Below are positions 1-12,751 of a stretch of DNA of 64,000 nt, in pieces. The notes under the pieces were generated by a model. It worked only from the letters and a program-made list of their open reading frames with translations. It was not told the DNA's origin and did not search any database. Made by a program: the position numbers and the translations under genes. The stretch's first letter is position 1. Each line of letters opens with the position of its first letter. Source of the stretch: Candidatus Binatia bacterium (GTDB lineage: Bacteria > Desulfobacterota > Binatia > UBA9968 > CAXXLF01); contig CAXXLF010000002.1 in the NCBI GenBank assembly GCA_963664015.2, forward strand, positions 224,001-288,000. The letters run 5' to 3'.

Positions 1-1849
1 ATTGCTCCACGGAGTTTTGTTGCTGGTGGCACTCCTCCAGTGGCGATCACTCCCGACAGCAATTGGAAACCCCTTTCCCCCGCCACCCCGACCTGGGATA
101 TCCTTCTGGTCCTTGGTGCTACCGTTGGCCTCCCGTACTTTACACTCGCCTCAACCGCGCCATTGATGCAGGCCTGGTTTAGCCAGCATCACCCTGGAGT
201 TTCACCCTACCGGCTCTACGCCCTCTCCAATACCGCCTCATTGCTGGCACTACTGAGCTATCCCTTCGTGTTCGAGCCGATATTTTCCAGGAGCGTACAG
301 TCCACGTTGTGGGCCATCGGGTTCGGCGTCTTTGTCATCGCCTCCATGATCGGCGTCTGGGCTACCTGGAAGCGCGGGTCGATCCCGTCCCTCGCACAAG
401 ACAGCACGAACCTGACCCAACAGGAACTCCCCCATCCAACCACAGGAATCCGTGCCCTTTGGCTAGCGCTTCCGGCCTGTGCGGTAGGGCTGCTTCTGGC
501 GGTTACCAACCAGATCACTATGGACCTGGTTATTGTCCCCTTTCTCTGGGTATTGCTTTTATGTCTGTACCTCTTGACCTTTATATTAAGCTTCGAGGGC
601 GAGCGCTGGGACTCCCGCCCGGTCTTTTTGTGAACATCTTTACCAGCGCTGATCGGAGCACTGGTCATGCTGACCGTCAGGGAAGATGCAGACGTCATCT
701 TGCAGATTGTGGCTTTCTCCGGGATACTTTTCGTCTGCTGCATGATATGCCACAGAGAACTCAGCCGTCTCAAGCCGCATCCAAGGTGTCTGACGGGCTA
801 CTACCTTATGATCTCTCTAGGTGGCGCCCTGGGTGGTGTGTTCGTTACCCTTATCGCGCCGGTGATCTTCCTCAATTATCTGGAGCTCCACGTCGGCCTG
901 CTGGGTACCGGGGCCCTTTCCTTCTTGGCCCTTTATAAGGATAACGGCTCCTGGTTCCATCAGAAACGGGTGTCCTGGGGTGTCATCCCGTTGATCACCG
1001 TTTATGTTATCGTTGCGGCGCTGTTTATCGCAACGCCAGGGCAACACATCCGTCCGCCATCGCCCGAGCACGGAATTTCTACGGTGTCCTCACGGTGCAG
1101 CAGCACTTCCGAGGCTCCCCTAATGAGCAACTCCATCTCCGCCACGGACGAATTCTCCACGGGACACAGTTTATGGCCCCTGGCAGGGGCGTGTGGCAAG
1201 CGGCTATTACGCTGAAAACAGTGGGGCGGGCCTGGTTTTTCGATACTTTCCACGAAAGCGCGAACGTCGAATCGGCGTCGTAGGCCTGGGGGCGGGTTAC
1301 CTTTCCCTCTATCACCGTGAGGGAGATACGATGAGGATTTACGAGATTAACCCGGAAATCCGGCGTTTAGCCGAATCGCACTCTACCTATCTGAAGGATT
1401 CCCCAGCCGAAATTGTGATTGTCATGGGGGATGGTCGTTTGGCGATGGAGCCTGACCTGCCTCAGGAGTTCGATATCCTAGTCCTGGACGCCTTTACTGG
1501 AGATTCGATTCCTGTGCATCTGCTAACCATTGAAGCTTTCCAGACGTACCTTCGCCACCTCACGACCGATGGCGTCATCGCTATCCTGATCGACACAATC
1601 CACCTGGATTTCGAGCCCGTGATCAGGCGGCTTGCGGCCCATTTCGGATTGGAGTCCATTAGAGTCGACTCTCCACCAGAGACCGACAATGAGGCGGGAA
1701 CCAGCTGGATGCTGCTATCCCGGGCTGGGGAGTTTTTCAGCTTGCCGCCTGGAGCCGGGGCTGCCACTCCCGATCACGTAAAATACGACGACCTCCAGTT
1801 GTGGACCGGTGACTACGTAAGCCTTTTTCCCTTACTCCAGTTCCGATGA
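1..1849 (+). pseudogene. Membrane-fused spermidine synthase-like SAM-dependent methyltransferase, frameshifted, 5' end outside window
   Basis: Three consecutive ORFs (40-633, 667-1215, 1193-1849) read as one protein. Multi-TM segments (GLPYFTLASTAPLMQAW, YRLYALSN, YYLMISLGGALGG) are followed by a SAM fold (VVGLGAG, YEINP, GDGR, FDILVLDAFTGDSIPVHLLT). Confidence 0.8.
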
Positions 1850-1944
1850 TCGCGGCTCCGGGACACACGTCTATTCATTCGCCTTAAACCTAACTGAAAA
1901 TTGAGCCCATGCTTTAAATACAGGGGAAGGGTGTAGCCTGATCA

Positions 1945-2172
1945 TTAGCGGCGCTTGAGGATCTTGTCGAGATCCTTTCTCTCCTGTTCCCGAATCTCTT
2001 CTTGAGATGGTTTTGTGACTTGGCGTGAGATGGGTAGTATCCGTTCCGGTTGGATAAATTCTCTGATATGGCTCCAATTGATCCAGAGGATAACGCCAAT
2101 GGAAAAAGCAGCTATGATCAGCAAGAGCCGCGGGGGCAGTTTATGTTTTGGCTTGGCCCTTTTTCTCTTCAT
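1945..2172 (-). CDS. Small single-TM hypothetical protein (75 aa)
   Basis: Basic N-terminus, one hydrophobic helix and a charged tail. Starts 22 bp after glpX on the same strand. No strong RBS. Confidence 0.5.
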   Translation of the reverse strand: MKRKRAKPKHKLPPRLLLIIAAFSIGVILWINWSHIREFIQPERILPISRQVTKPSQEEIREQERKDLDKILKRR

Positions 2173-2194
2173 GAAGGATGGAGGACGAGCTTAA

Positions 2195-3148
2195 TCAGGA
2201 CTTAGGCTTATATTCGAAGTGATGGGTGGCCTGAATAATCCGAACGGTCCGTGTCTTGGATCTCATGACCACCGATTGGCTGTGCGCCCCACCAGCAAAG
2301 AAACGGATGCCACTCAAGTATTCGCCGTTGGTCACTCCGGTTGCGGCGAACATCACCTCTCCCGCCGCCAGCTCATCGATAGCATATTTTCTTTTAATAT
2401 CATTGATCCCCATAGCTTGGGCCCGTTCGATCTCTTCCGGATTTCTGGGATTCAAGCGGCCCTGCATTTCACCGCCTATGCAGCGAAGAGCCGCCGCCGC
2501 AAGAACACCTTCCGGCGCTCCCCCGGTGCCTAGCATCAAATCGATACCGGTCTCCGGTTTCGTCGTTGCGATAGCCGCTGCAACGTCCCCATCGCTGATT
2601 AGATTGATCCTTGCGCCGGCGCGGCGCACCTCTTCGATGAGGGCCTCGTGACGGGGCCGGTAGAGAATAATCACCGTGAGATCCTCGACCTTCCGTCCCT
2701 TGATCTCGGATAATAGTTTCAGGTTTTCCGTAGGGCTTTTGTCTAGATCCAGAATCCCCTTGCCCTCGGGCCCGACCACCATCTTATCCATATAGGTATC
2801 CGGGCAGTGTAGAAAATTACCCCGCTCCGCAATTGCAATAACCGATAGGGCGCTGGGACCTCCGTTGGCACAGATGGATGTCCCCTCTAAAGGGTCCACG
2901 GCGATGTCGACCTCGGGACCCGTACCGTCCCCGACCGTCTCACCGATATAAAGCATCGGCGCCTCGTCCCTCTCCCCTTCCCCTATGACCACCGTCCCTC
3001 GCACGGACACACCATCGAAGGCCTGGCGCATGGCGTCCACCGCGGCCTGGTCGGCGGCCTTCTCATCGCCTTTGCCCAAATAGCGTGCAGAAGCGAGGGC
3101 AGCGGCCTCAGTTATACGAACAACTTCTAAGGCTAGGTTTCGATCCAT
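2195..3148 (-). CDS. glpX: Class II fructose-1,6-bisphosphatase
   Basis: RITEAAA, VVIGEGERDEAPMLYIGE, DPLEGT, DGDV and GGAPEGV motifs. Confidence 0.96.
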   Translation of the reverse strand: MDRNLALEVVRITEAAALASARYLGKGDEKAADQAAVDAMRQAFDGVSVRGTVVIGEGERDEAPMLYIGETVGDGTGPEVDIAVDPLEGTSICANGGPSALSVIAIAERGNFLHCPDTYMDKMVVGPEGKGILDLDKSPTENLKLLSEIKGRKVEDLTVIILYRPRHEALIEEVRRAGARINLISDGDVAAAIATTKPETGIDLMLGTGGAPEGVLAAAALRCIGGEMQGRLNPRNPEEIERAQAMGINDIKRKYAIDELAAGEVMFAATGVTNGEYLSGIRFFAGGAHSQSVVMRSKTRTVRIIQATHHFEYKPKS

Positions 3149-4353
3149 ACTTTGCTTCCTTCAATGAGCCCCTCGATGAGCCTGTGGGCGTCTTTGACAA
3201 CCACACCGCTCGTTTGTGCGTCCCGCTCGTTAAAACCGAATGGCCTAGGAGTCGATTCCGCGGTGGAGGAATAGAGTACAAACGGCACCGGTCCCATGGC
3301 ATGGGTCTTCAGGGCAACGGGAGTCGCGTGGTCTGGCAACAGAAGAAGCCTCCACTCATCCCAGTGCTGCATCCCCTCGATCATGGTCCCTACCACCTTT
3401 TCATCAAAGGACTCGATGGCCTTCACCTTCTCCTCAGCGTTTCCCATGTGGCCAGCCTCATCGGGGGCCTCCACGTGGATAAAGATCAAGTCTGTTTGAT
3501 TTAACGCGTCGAGCCCGTAGTCGGCCTTCCCCTTATAATTGGTGTCAAGAAAACCCGTAATTCCTGGGACCGCGATCCGTTCGAGTCCGGCGTATACACC
3601 CAGCCCGCGGACAAGATCAACGGCTGATATCACGGCTCCATTGATTCCAAACCGATCCTGCAATGACGACAGTTGTGGGGCCTTCCCCTGCCCCCACAGC
3701 CAGATGGAGGTTGCCTTTCTGTCACCCCTCTCTTCCCGTCTACGATTGACCGGGTGGCGGGCCAAAAACTTCCTGGAAGATTCCATGAGCTGACGGAGAA
3801 AGTCGGCGCCATCTCCCCGGGGCAGATGAGGTTCCGTCTCTCGGTCTGTGATGTCATGGGGTGGTGTGGTCTCCATCTCCTCTTTGCCATTGCGCCAAAC
3901 CATCAGGTGGCGATAGCTCACTCCCGGATGAAACTCCACGCCGTAGCTATCCAGGTGGCGTCCAAGATCCTCGATCACCTCTGCCGCCTCTTCACTGGAG
4001 ATATGCCCGGCGGCAAAGTCCTCCATAATGTGTCCGCTTCCCTGCTCTTTCAATGTCACCAGATTGCACCGGAAGGCCACGTCGTTGCTGCCCAGGGCCA
4101 CTCCCATACTGGCCGCTTCAAGGGGGGCGCGACCTGTGTAGTGCTTCCTTGGATCGTAACCAAGGATGCTCAGGTTTCCCACGTCGCTGCCCGGCGGCAA
4201 GCCCTCTGGAATGGTATAGGCAAGTCCGAAATCCCCGTTTGCCGCAAGCCAATCCATGTGGGGTGTCTTCGCCGCCTCAAGCGGGGTTTTATCGCCCAAA
4301 CTCTCTATGGGGAAATCGGCCATACCGTCCCCCTGGAGAATCACAAATTTCAT
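3133..4353 (-). CDS. apgM: Archaeal-type cofactor-independent phosphoglycerate mutase (ApgM family)
   Basis: GDGMAD, TPLEAAKTP, PGSDV, YTGRAPLEA, HVEAPDEAGH and PDHATP motifs. Confidence 0.92.
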   Translation of the reverse strand: MKFVILQGDGMADFPIESLGDKTPLEAAKTPHMDWLAANGDFGLAYTIPEGLPPGSDVGNLSILGYDPRKHYTGRAPLEAASMGVALGSNDVAFRCNLVTLKEQGSGHIMEDFAAGHISSEEAAEVIEDLGRHLDSYGVEFHPGVSYRHLMVWRNGKEEMETTPPHDITDRETEPHLPRGDGADFLRQLMESSRKFLARHPVNRRREERGDRKATSIWLWGQGKAPQLSSLQDRFGINGAVISAVDLVRGLGVYAGLERIAVPGITGFLDTNYKGKADYGLDALNQTDLIFIHVEAPDEAGHMGNAEEKVKAIESFDEKVVGTMIEGMQHWDEWRLLLLPDHATPVALKTHAMGPVPFVLYSSTAESTPRPFGFNERDAQTSGVVVKDAHRLIEGLIEGSKVWIET

Positions 4354-4379
4354 TCAGCCTGCCATTCTATCCTTATGAA

Positions 4380-5774
4380 TTACTGATTCCCCCAAATAGG
4401 GATCCACATGGGCTCAACCAGGATAAAGTCCTTCTTGCGAATAATTTCCAGGGCTTCTTGTAGCTGGCCTACCTTTGTCCGTTCCAGGGTAATCACAAAG
4501 GGGAGAAGGTTTCCAGTCTTCGCCCTGAGTCGGTAGCCAACTGCCAAACTTTTCAGCTCTTCTCGTGTGTGGTTCAACTGCCAGATCTCCGCGATATGAA
4601 TGCTTTTTTCACCGAAAACTCGGCAGATATCGCCGACGATTCCGCTTTGATTCTTGACAACGAACCGCACATAAAAATCACCCTGGATTTGGTCCTTGGG
4701 CAGAACCCGCAGGTCGCCGCGAGTGATCAGCGGCCCACCCGTGCCCTGAACCGTGGTGCTTATAGAGAATACGTCGCCGAGCACCGCGATGGCCGTAGGA
4801 CCTCCGCCGGCTCCAGGGCCAATAAACCCATAGTTCCAGTCCTGTTCATCGCCGTTGTCCATTCCTTGGCGGCTTCGCTTTCCATTGAAGCATACCGCGT
4901 TGGTAACGCCATCGACGGTAGCTAAAAAATGATTTTTCGGCACGAGAACCGGGGCAACAAAAGCCTGTACGGCACTACCGTTTTCCCGTGCCACCGCAAG
5001 GTGTTTGATCGTTCCCGAGCCTTTGCTCTGGGCATACTGGAAGTCGATGGGATGGATCGCCTCTATTCCTTTGCGAAGGATCATGCCCGACTCAAGCTGC
5101 AAGCCGAAGGTTACGGCCCCCAGGAGAATCAACTTGGCCTCCGAGTCTTTCCCGCTGATATCGGCCTCCGGGTTGGTCTCCGCATACCCAAGCTCCTGCG
5201 CCTCACGCAGCGCTTCCCCGTATGATTTGCCGCTAGACCTCATGGCCGACAGAATGTAATTGCATGTCCCGTTGACGATCCCGTAAACGGATTGAGGCTC
5301 CTCGGCCGACAGGCTCTGCTGCAGGGAACGGATAATGGGGATTCCCCCTCCCACGCAGGCTTCGAATCCGATGGCCTGTCCATGTCGCCTGGCGGCGGCC
5401 CATATCTCAGCACTGAATTTAGCCAGGACCGCCTTATCTGAAGTGACAACGGACTTTCCGCCCTCCATCGCACGAATCAGGTAGCCTTTAAAAACTGACA
5501 GGTCCTTTTCCTGTTGCGCTCCCAGGACTTCTACCACGATGTCGACGTCCGGGTGATCGATTACCTCGTTAGCCTTCGTGGTAAATAGGGACGGATACTT
5601 GCGGAACCATTTTTTTCCCTTGGGATGACGGGTATAGATCTTTACGATCTCAACCGTCACTTCCGTCTTGGCTTCGAGCCGACCCTCGAAGACGAAGGTT
5701 TGCACCGCCTCTCCGACGGTCCCAGAACCCAACAAGCCGATCCTGATTGATTTTCTTTTTCTCGAGGGACTCAT
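4380..5774 (-). CDS. hom: Homoserine dehydrogenase with C-terminal ACT domain
   Basis: [49 protein letters not shown] and GPGAG motifs. C-terminal ACT-like [11 protein letters not shown]. Confidence 0.93.
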   Translation of the reverse strand: MSPSRKRKSIRIGLLGSGTVGEAVQTFVFEGRLEAKTEVTVEIVKIYTRHPKGKKWFRKYPSLFTTKANEVIDHPDVDIVVEVLGAQQEKDLSVFKGYLIRAMEGGKSVVTSDKAVLAKFSAEIWAAARRHGQAIGFEACVGGGIPIIRSLQQSLSAEEPQSVYGIVNGTCNYILSAMRSSGKSYGEALREAQELGYAETNPEADISGKDSEAKLILLGAVTFGLQLESGMILRKGIEAIHPIDFQYAQSKGSGTIKHLAVARENGSAVQAFVAPVLVPKNHFLATVDGVTNAVCFNGKRSRQGMDNGDEQDWNYGFIGPGAGGGPTAIAVLGDVFSISTTVQGTGGPLITRGDLRVLPKDQIQGDFYVRFVVKNQSGIVGDICRVFGEKSIHIAEIWQLNHTREELKSLAVGYRLRAKTGNLLPFVITLERTKVGQLQEALEIIRKKDFILVEPMWIPIWGNQ

Positions 5775-6964
5775 GGTGTACGGGATTTTTCCGTATATTT
5801 ACTCAGAGCCCGGCGTATGGTCCGAACCGCCTGACGCGTTCGGTGTTCGTTTTCGATGAGGGCGAAGCGAACAAAGTCGTCCCCGTATTCCCCGAATCCC
5901 ACTCCTGGAGAGACCGCCACCTTGGCTTCTTCCAACAGGTACTTGGAAAAATCCACGGATCCCATGTGGCTGCAGGGTTGAGGAATTCGTGCCCAGACAA
6001 ACATGGTCGCCTTGGGCTTGGGAATCTCCCAGCCCACCCGTGCGAGTCCATCCACCAGGGCATCCCGCCGTTTGCGATAGGTCTCCCGGACCTCCTCCAC
6101 ACAATCTTGCGGGCCGTTCAGCGCATGAATCGCTGCGATCTGGACAGGCTGAAAAATGCCGTAGTCAAAGTAGCTCTTGATCCGCGCCAAGGCATTGATC
6201 ATCTCCTGGTTTCCCACGCCAAAACCCACACGCCAGCCCGGCATGTTATAGCTCTTTGACAATGAGTAGAATTCCACGCCCACGTCCTTGGCGCCCGGGA
6301 CCTGAAGTAAACTGGGCGGTTGATACCCATCGAATGTCAGGTCCGCATAGGCCAGATCATGGATCACTAGAAGCCCGTGTTCCTTGGCAAACTTGACGAT
6401 GCGCTCGAAAAAGTCGAGATCTACCACCTCTGTGGTCGGGTTGTGAGGAAAATTTAAAATGAGCAGCTTTGGTTTGGGCCACGTCTGCTTGATCGCTTCT
6501 TGCAAATGGAAGAAGAAGCTCTCACTGGAGTGCAGTGGAATACTGCGAAGATCCCCGCCAGCAATGATGACCGAATACTGATGAATGGGATAGGTCGGAC
6601 TCGGGCAAAAGACCACGTCGCCCGGGTCCAGAATGGCCAGAACGAGATGCCCCAGACCTTCCTTCGAACCAAGGGTGACAATGGCCTCCGTGTCCGGATC
6701 CAGGCTGACCTGAAAGCGATTTTTGTACCAATCGGTGATTGCCAATCGTAACTTATAGATTCCCCTGGAGACCGAGTAACGATGGTTGGGTGATTTCTTG
6801 GCCGCCTCAATCAGTTTATCGACGATATGGGGCGGACTCGGTTGGTCCGGATTACCCATCCCGAAATCAACGATATCCTCCCCGCGACGTCGCGCCTCAT
6901 ACTTCAAATCATTGATTATGTTAAAGACGTAGGGGGGGAGTCTGTTTATTCTGTTGAACTCCAC
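5771..6964 (-). CDS. alaC: PLP-dependent class I/II aminotransferase (AlaC / LL-DAP aminotransferase family)
   Basis: [32 protein letters not shown] and [14 protein letters not shown] motifs. 4-bp ATGA overlap with hom. Confidence 0.85.
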   Translation of the reverse strand: MEFNRINRLPPYVFNIINDLKYEARRRGEDIVDFGMGNPDQPSPPHIVDKLIEAAKKSPNHRYSVSRGIYKLRLAITDWYKNRFQVSLDPDTEAIVTLGSKEGLGHLVLAILDPGDVVFCPSPTYPIHQYSVIIAGGDLRSIPLHSSESFFFHLQEAIKQTWPKPKLLILNFPHNPTTEVVDLDFFERIVKFAKEHGLLVIHDLAYADLTFDGYQPPSLLQVPGAKDVGVEFYSLSKSYNMPGWRVGFGVGNQEMINALARIKSYFDYGIFQPVQIAAIHALNGPQDCVEEVRETYRKRRDALVDGLARVGWEIPKPKATMFVWARIPQPCSHMGSVDFSKYLLEEAKVAVSPGVGFGEYGDDFVRFALIENEHRTRQAVRTIRRALSKYTEKSRTP

Positions 6965-6980
6965 ACTCTTTACCTCAGAA

Positions 6981-7085
6981 CAATAGTTTTCAGCATTCAG
7001 CTTTCTAGCAATAGTCCATTAGTTGCTATGAGCAGTCATATTAATACAAAAGGATTTCTCTTCTTCCTGCTGAAAACTGATTGCT
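6981..7085. repeat. Intergenic imperfect inverted repeat with short heptamer-like units
   Basis: agttttcagca (~6985-6995) is complementary to tgctgaaaact (7068-7078). Units such as cagcatt/cagcttt. Confidence 0.4.
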
Positions 7086-7192
7086 ACGTGTCGTAAGCTA
7101 CCTATTTTATAAGCTATACTCTCCTTCGGTGCAAACCAGGCGTGTCCAACCTCATTCGAAGATTGGATTCAGCAACGGTCGAACACTCCTAA

Positions 7193-9394
7193 CTAACCCA
7201 TGCGACCGAGTTCGAGTTTATCTCCCCAACGATGTTTCAGCACCTCTCTTAAACCCCTGGATGCTTGACTTCGCAAAGAGGGATCGCGGGAAAGCCAATC
7301 CAGGGCTTCCCGTCGTGCTGCCATGAGGAGCTTGGCGTCTCGTGCAATATCGGCTAGCCGAAAGTCCGGTAGACCCGATTGCCGGGTACCCAGAACCTCG
7401 CCGGGTCCTCTAAGCTGCAGATCGATTTCCGAAATCTTGAATCCGTCCTGTAGTTTTTCTATGGCACGAAGTCTTTTCGCGGCTTCGGGACTCTGCCCCC
7501 CGTATTGCACGAGCAGGCACTGGGAGGGATCCTTGCCCCTTCCAACTCGACCCCGCAATTGATGCAATTGAGACAAACCGAATCGCTCGGCATGCTCCAC
7601 GACCATCACCGTAGCCTTAGGAACATCGATGCCGACTTCAATGACCGTGGTCGCCACCAGGATTTGAAGTTTACCTTCCTTGAAACGCCGCATGACCTCG
7701 TCCCGCTCCTCCGCTGCCATCCTTCCGTGTACCAACCCAACCTGGAACTCCTTGAACACGACCCGTGAAAACTCCTCGGCCATTCCAGTAGCGTCCTTTA
7801 ACGGAAGGCGCTCGGAACTCTCTACCAATGGATAAACAATATAGGCCTGGCGTCCCTGGCGGACTTCCGAGCGCACAATCTGGTAAACGGAAGATCGTTC
7901 CCCCTCTCGAAATAGCCTGGTTCGGATCGGGGTCCGGCCCGGAGGCATCTCGTCAAGGGCCGACACTTCGATATCTCCGTAAAGAACCATCGCGAGGCTT
8001 CTGGGAATGGGCGTGGCCGTCATGAGCAGGATATCGGGGGGAGGAAGCGATGGGGTCGTGGTCCTTCTCCAACTTGAGAGCCGTTTAAGGGCGACCCGTT
8101 GGGCCACACCAAAACGGTGCTGCTCATCGATGATTCCCAGCCCCATTCGGGGAATAGACACTCCCTCTTGGATCAGCGCATGGGTCCCAACGACAAAGGA
8201 TATCTCACCACGAGAGATGCGGTCGAGGGTTTCCCTTTTTTGCTGGGCCGGCAAAGAACCGACGAGTAGGACGCACGTAACTTTCAACTTATCGGCAAAA
8301 CCTTTGAGATTGTGGAAGTGCTGGGCGGCTAGAAGCTCTGTTGGAGCCATGAGGGCTGCCTGAAAACCGTTTTCAATGGCCCTTAGTGCGGCAAACCAGG
8401 CGACGATGGTCTTACCCGATCCGACGTCTCCCTGCACCAACCGGAGCATGGGGTGCGGGGCCTCCATGTCGCTACCGATCTCCTTCAAGACCCGTTGCTG
8501 TGCCCCAGTCAAGCGGAAAGGAGTCAAGGCAAGCATCGTCCTGATCAATGGGCCCGTTGATCTTGAAAAGGAGAGTCCTTTTTCTGCCGTTCGTCGCTTT
8601 CTCTGCAACTCCATTCCCAACTGCAGGTAAAAAAACTCGTCAAAGATAATGGAACGATGGGCCTGTGAACGGAAGTCGTTTAAGGCCAATAAGTCGGAGC
8701 CCGTATCGGGGTGGTGGATCTCGGTGAGGGCCTGTTTCAAATCCGTTATGCGTTGACGGGTGGTAATCTCTTTGGGTAAATAACTCGGAAGAAAATCGCA
8801 ATAGGCACTTAACGCCTGGGGAACCCATTGTCGGAGCATTCCCATGGGGATCCCGCCCGGTCGCAAGTAGACTGGAAGAATCCGCTCCCTCGCGTCCTGA
8901 TCCCCCAACTCGACGGCCTCGAATTCGGGATGGGCGATTCTTAACTCCTTCCCTTTGCCACGGTCGACCTTCCCGTGCACCATGAAGTCCTGGCCGAGCT
9001 TCAGGCGGTTTACAATGTAGGGCTTGGGATAGAACCATATGAGCCCGAGTTCTCCAGTACCGTCATCCAACCGTGCCGTAAGGATCTGGCGCCTTCCCTT
9101 CTGAACCGTTTTTTTTTCCAGATCCACCAGGGTGCCGATAAAAGACTCCTCGTGCCCCATGACGGCGTCGCGAATCTTTTTAGTTTTACGGCGGTCTTCA
9201 TAGCGAAAGGGAAGATGATAGAGAAGGTCCTCTACAGTGCCGAGGCCCAAGCCTTCCAGGACTAAAGCTCGGGTCGGTCCGACGCCTTTTATAAATCGAA
9301 TGGAGGTCTGCAGTGAATGCCAGCACTCACGGGGATGATAGGAACAGCCCAGGTAAGGATGTTGCTCGCGGGGGGTAGTATCCAACGAACTCAT
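7193..9394 (-). CDS. recG: ATP-dependent DNA helicase RecG
   Basis: IKGVGP, PFRYEDR, wedge/OB domain, [26 protein letters not shown] and QLRGRVGRG motifs. Confidence 0.97.
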   Translation of the reverse strand: MSSLDTTPREQHPYLGCSYHPRECWHSLQTSIRFIKGVGPTRALVLEGLGLGTVEDLLYHLPFRYEDRRKTKKIRDAVMGHEESFIGTLVDLEKKTVQKGRRQILTARLDDGTGELGLIWFYPKPYIVNRLKLGQDFMVHGKVDRGKGKELRIAHPEFEAVELGDQDARERILPVYLRPGGIPMGMLRQWVPQALSAYCDFLPSYLPKEITTRQRITDLKQALTEIHHPDTGSDLLALNDFRSQAHRSIIFDEFFYLQLGMELQRKRRTAEKGLSFSRSTGPLIRTMLALTPFRLTGAQQRVLKEIGSDMEAPHPMLRLVQGDVGSGKTIVAWFAALRAIENGFQAALMAPTELLAAQHFHNLKGFADKLKVTCVLLVGSLPAQQKRETLDRISRGEISFVVGTHALIQEGVSIPRMGLGIIDEQHRFGVAQRVALKRLSSWRRTTTPSLPPPDILLMTATPIPRSLAMVLYGDIEVSALDEMPPGRTPIRTRLFREGERSSVYQIVRSEVRQGRQAYIVYPLVESSERLPLKDATGMAEEFSRVVFKEFQVGLVHGRMAAEERDEVMRRFKEGKLQILVATTVIEVGIDVPKATVMVVEHAERFGLSQLHQLRGRVGRGKDPSQCLLVQYGGQSPEAAKRLRAIEKLQDGFKISEIDLQLRGPGEVLGTRQSGLPDFRLADIARDAKLLMAARREALDWLSRDPSLRSQASRGLREVLKHRWGDKLELGRMG

Positions 9395-12300
9395 GCAAGC
9401 TTATTTCGAACCCTATTGTGGGCCATACCCAGGTAGTCCTGCAGCGCTTGAACTTCCAGCCCATGGGATCGCAGTAGACTGATTCCTTCAATCGCCGCAC
9501 CCGCACCCGACATGGTTGTGAAATAGGGCACCATAAAGTCCAAGGCACTCCGACGAATATAATAGGAATCCGCTTGGGAGTGCGTATCGGTGGGGGTATT
9601 GATGACCATCGCCACTTCGCCGCGCTGTATGGCATCGGCGATATGGGGACTTCCCTCCTGAATCTTATTAACCACATCGGAAGGTATTTTCTGCTGGTGA
9701 AAACTCGCCGCCGTACCCTTGCTAGCGATGAGTTGAAACCCCATGTCGTAGAGCTTCCTGGCAATGGCGGTCGCCTTCTCCTTGTGCTCGTCGCGGACGC
9801 TGATAAACACCTTTCCTTCCAGAGGCAAGCGCATGCCGCTGCCCAGTTGGGCTTTCGCAAAGGCCCGTCCAAATGATGTATCGATCCCCATAACTTCACC
9901 GGTTGACTTCATTTCGGGCCCGAGAAGGGTATCCACGCCGGGAAATTTATTGAAGGGGAAAACCGCCTCTTTAACGGAAATGTGTGCTGGAAAGACCTCC
10001 TCGGTCACACCCAGTTCCCTCAGGCTTTTTCCACCTATAATTCTTGCAGCCAACTTGGCCAACGGCAGACCGACGGCTTTGCTGACGAAGGGAACCGTAC
10101 GAGAAGCCCGGGGATTAACCTCCAAGATAAGGACCTCGCGATCTTTGACCGCAAATTGGACGTTCATCAGTCCCTTCACCTTGAGGGCCCGGGCGAGAGC
10201 CCGGGTCTGGCGTCGGATCTCCTCTTGGATCAAACCATCAATCGAGTAGGGGGGCAGAGCGCAGGCACTATCACCCGAGTGAATTCCGGCTCTCTCTATA
10301 TGTTCCATGATCCCGCCGATGATGACTCGCTCCCCGTCACAGAGGGCATCGACGTCCACTTCCACAGCGTCATCGAGAAACTTGTCGATCAGGACCGGAT
10401 GCTCCGGTGACGCCGCCACCGCGTTTAACACGTAAAGCCTCAGATCATCCTGGTCGTAAACGATATCCATGGCCCGACCCCCGAGGACATAGGAGGGGCG
10501 CACCAGGACTGGGTATCCAATCTGGTTAGCAATCTCCAAAGCCTGCTCATACGAACGGGCGGTTCCGCTCACCGGTTGTTTCAGACCGAGGCGGTTGAGG
10601 AGATCTCTAAATCTGTCCCGATTCTCAGCGAGGTCGATACTGTCTGGCGACGTCCCGATCAACTGTACTCCGGCCTTTTCCAGGGCGAGGGCCAATCTCA
10701 GCGGCGTTTGACCGCCGAACTGGACGATGACGCCGTCGGGTCGTTCCACGTCCGTAATATTCAGGACGTCTTCAAGTGTCAGCGGTTCGAAGTAGAGCTT
10801 GTCTGAAGTGTCGTAGTCGGTGCTAACGGTTTCGGGATTGCAGTTCACCATGATAGTTTCGTAACCGTCTTCCTTTAGTGCAAAGGCAGCGTGTACGCAG
10901 CAGTAGTCGAATTCGATGCCCTGGCCAATCCGATTCGGCCCCCCTCCCAAGATCATAATTTTCTTACGACTGGTTCGATTGGACTCGTCCTCTCCTTCAT
11001 AGCTGGAGTACAGGTAAGGGGTATAGGCGGCAAATTCAGCGGCGCAGGTATCGACTGTCTTGAACCCGGCGCGGATCCCCTTCTCTATCCTAACGGCACG
11101 GACCTCATCCTCGTGCCGGCCCATGAGGAAAGCCATCCGGCGGTCGGAAAAACCCATCTCCTTGGCACGGAGAAGCAATTTGTAGGTGACGGCCCCCCAC
11201 TCTTTCCCGGCACGGCGAAGCTCCTCTTCCATGGTTACAATCTGCCGGATGTGCTCCAGAAACCAGGGATCGATCTTGGCTAGTTCATGGACCTCTTCCA
11301 CAGACATTCCCATTCGGAAGGCATCGGCCAGAAACCACAACCGCTGGGCATTTGGGGTGGTCAATTTTTCGCGTATCAGGGCCTGGTTGTGTTGATCCTT
11401 ACCGGGTTCGCGGTTTACCTTCTCCTCGAAACCATAATTTCCTATCTCCAAGGAACGGATAGCCTTGTGTAGGGATTCCTTGAAAGTGCGCCCGATGGCC
11501 ATAGCCTCACCCACGGATTTCATCTGCGTGGTGAGGATATCCCTGGCCTGGGGAAACTTCTCAAAGGTAAAACGCGGTATTTTTACCACGACGTAATCAA
11601 TGGTCGGTTCAAAGCATGCGGGCGTTTCCCGCGTGATATCATTTGGGATTTCGTCCAGGGTGTAACCCACTGCTAGCTTGGCCGCTATTTTGGCAATAGG
11701 GAACCCAGTTGCCTTGCTGGCGAGGGCCGAACTGCGGGACACTCGCGGGTTCATCTCAATGACAACCAAACGTCCGTCTCCCGGATGCACGGCAAACTGG
11801 ACATTGGAGCCTCCCGTATCCACGCCGATCTCACGGATGATTTTTAATGTTGCGTCACGCATCAACTGGTACTCTTTATCCGTAAGGGTTTGAGCCGGGG
11901 CTACAGTGATAGAGTCCCCCGTATGGACTCCCATGGGATCAAAGTTTTCGATGGTGCATACGATGACGACGTTGTCCTTGTGGTCTCGCATCACCTCCAG
12001 TTCGAACTCTTTCCAACCCAAAACCGATTCTTCGACGAGAAGCTCGTGGACGGGAGAAAGCTTCAAGCCCGAGGAAACTAGCTCGCTGAAATCCTCCGGT
12101 CCGTAGGCAATGCTTCCACCGCTCCCCCCCAGGGTACGTGAGGGGCGGAGAATCACCGGGAATCCGAGCTCCCGTTGAATTGCCTCCGCTTCCTTAACGC
12201 TGTGCGCGCATCCGCTTAGCGGTACATTCAGACCTGCTTTTTGAATGGCATTTTTAAACAGGGCCCGGTCTTCCGCCTTCTTGATGGATTCCAACTTGGC

Positions 12301-12651
12301 CCCGATCATCTCGACGCCATATCGCTCCAGGATCCCATTGTCGGCCAGATCGATAGCGAGGTTTAGAGCCGTTTGCCCTCCGATGGTCGGCAGCAGGGCG
12401 TCAGGGCGTTCCTTACTTATGATCTTCTCGGCCATGTCCAGGGTGATGGGCTCAATGTAGGTTCGATCGGCAAAGTCCGGGTCGGTCATGATTGTTGCAG
12501 GATTGGAGTTGATCAGGATTACACGGTACCCCTCTTCTTTGAGTGCTTTGAGGGCCTGGGTACCGGAATAATCAAATTCGCAGGCCTGTCCGATGACAAT
12601 CGGCCCGGATCCTATAACAAGGATAGTTTTTATATCTGTTCGCTTGGGCAT
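9391..12651 (-). CDS. carB: Carbamoyl-phosphate synthase large subunit
   Basis: MPKRTDI start, [17 protein letters not shown], two ATP-grasp halves and a C-terminal MGS domain. 1086 aa. Confidence 0.99.
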   Translation of the reverse strand: MPKRTDIKTILVIGSGPIVIGQACEFDYSGTQALKALKEEGYRVILINSNPATIMTDPDFADRTYIEPITLDMAEKIISKERPDALLPTIGGQTALNLAIDLADNGILERYGVEMIGAKLESIKKAEDRALFKNAIQKAGLNVPLSGCAHSVKEAEAIQRELGFPVILRPSRTLGGSGGSIAYGPEDFSELVSSGLKLSPVHELLVEESVLGWKEFELEVMRDHKDNVVIVCTIENFDPMGVHTGDSITVAPAQTLTDKEYQLMRDATLKIIREIGVDTGGSNVQFAVHPGDGRLVVIEMNPRVSRSSALASKATGFPIAKIAAKLAVGYTLDEIPNDITRETPACFEPTIDYVVVKIPRFTFEKFPQARDILTTQMKSVGEAMAIGRTFKESLHKAIRSLEIGNYGFEEKVNREPGKDQHNQALIREKLTTPNAQRLWFLADAFRMGMSVEEVHELAKIDPWFLEHIRQIVTMEEELRRAGKEWGAVTYKLLLRAKEMGFSDRRMAFLMGRHEDEVRAVRIEKGIRAGFKTVDTCAAEFAAYTPYLYSSYEGEDESNRTSRKKIMILGGGPNRIGQGIEFDYCCVHAAFALKEDGYETIMVNCNPETVSTDYDTSDKLYFEPLTLEDVLNITDVERPDGVIVQFGGQTPLRLALALEKAGVQLIGTSPDSIDLAENRDRFRDLLNRLGLKQPVSGTARSYEQALEIANQIGYPVLVRPSYVLGGRAMDIVYDQDDLRLYVLNAVAASPEHPVLIDKFLDDAVEVDVDALCDGERVIIGGIMEHIERAGIHSGDSACALPPYSIDGLIQEEIRRQTRALARALKVKGLMNVQFAVKDREVLILEVNPRASRTVPFVSKAVGLPLAKLAARIIGGKSLRELGVTEEVFPAHISVKEAVFPFNKFPGVDTLLGPEMKSTGEVMGIDTSFGRAFAKAQLGSGMRLPLEGKVFISVRDEHKEKATAIARKLYDMGFQLIASKGTAASFHQQKIPSDVVNKIQEGSPHIADAIQRGEVAMVINTPTDTHSQADSYYIRRSALDFMVPYFTTMSGAGAAIEGISLLRSHGLEVQALQDYLGMAHNRVRNKLA

Positions 12652-12751
12652 AAGGGCTAAAAACCCCTAGGATCCTCACCTCTAAGGATAGTACGTAAAA
12701 TATCAATTAACACTTTCATTGCAATGTCATAAGTTACTATAACCAAAAGGG

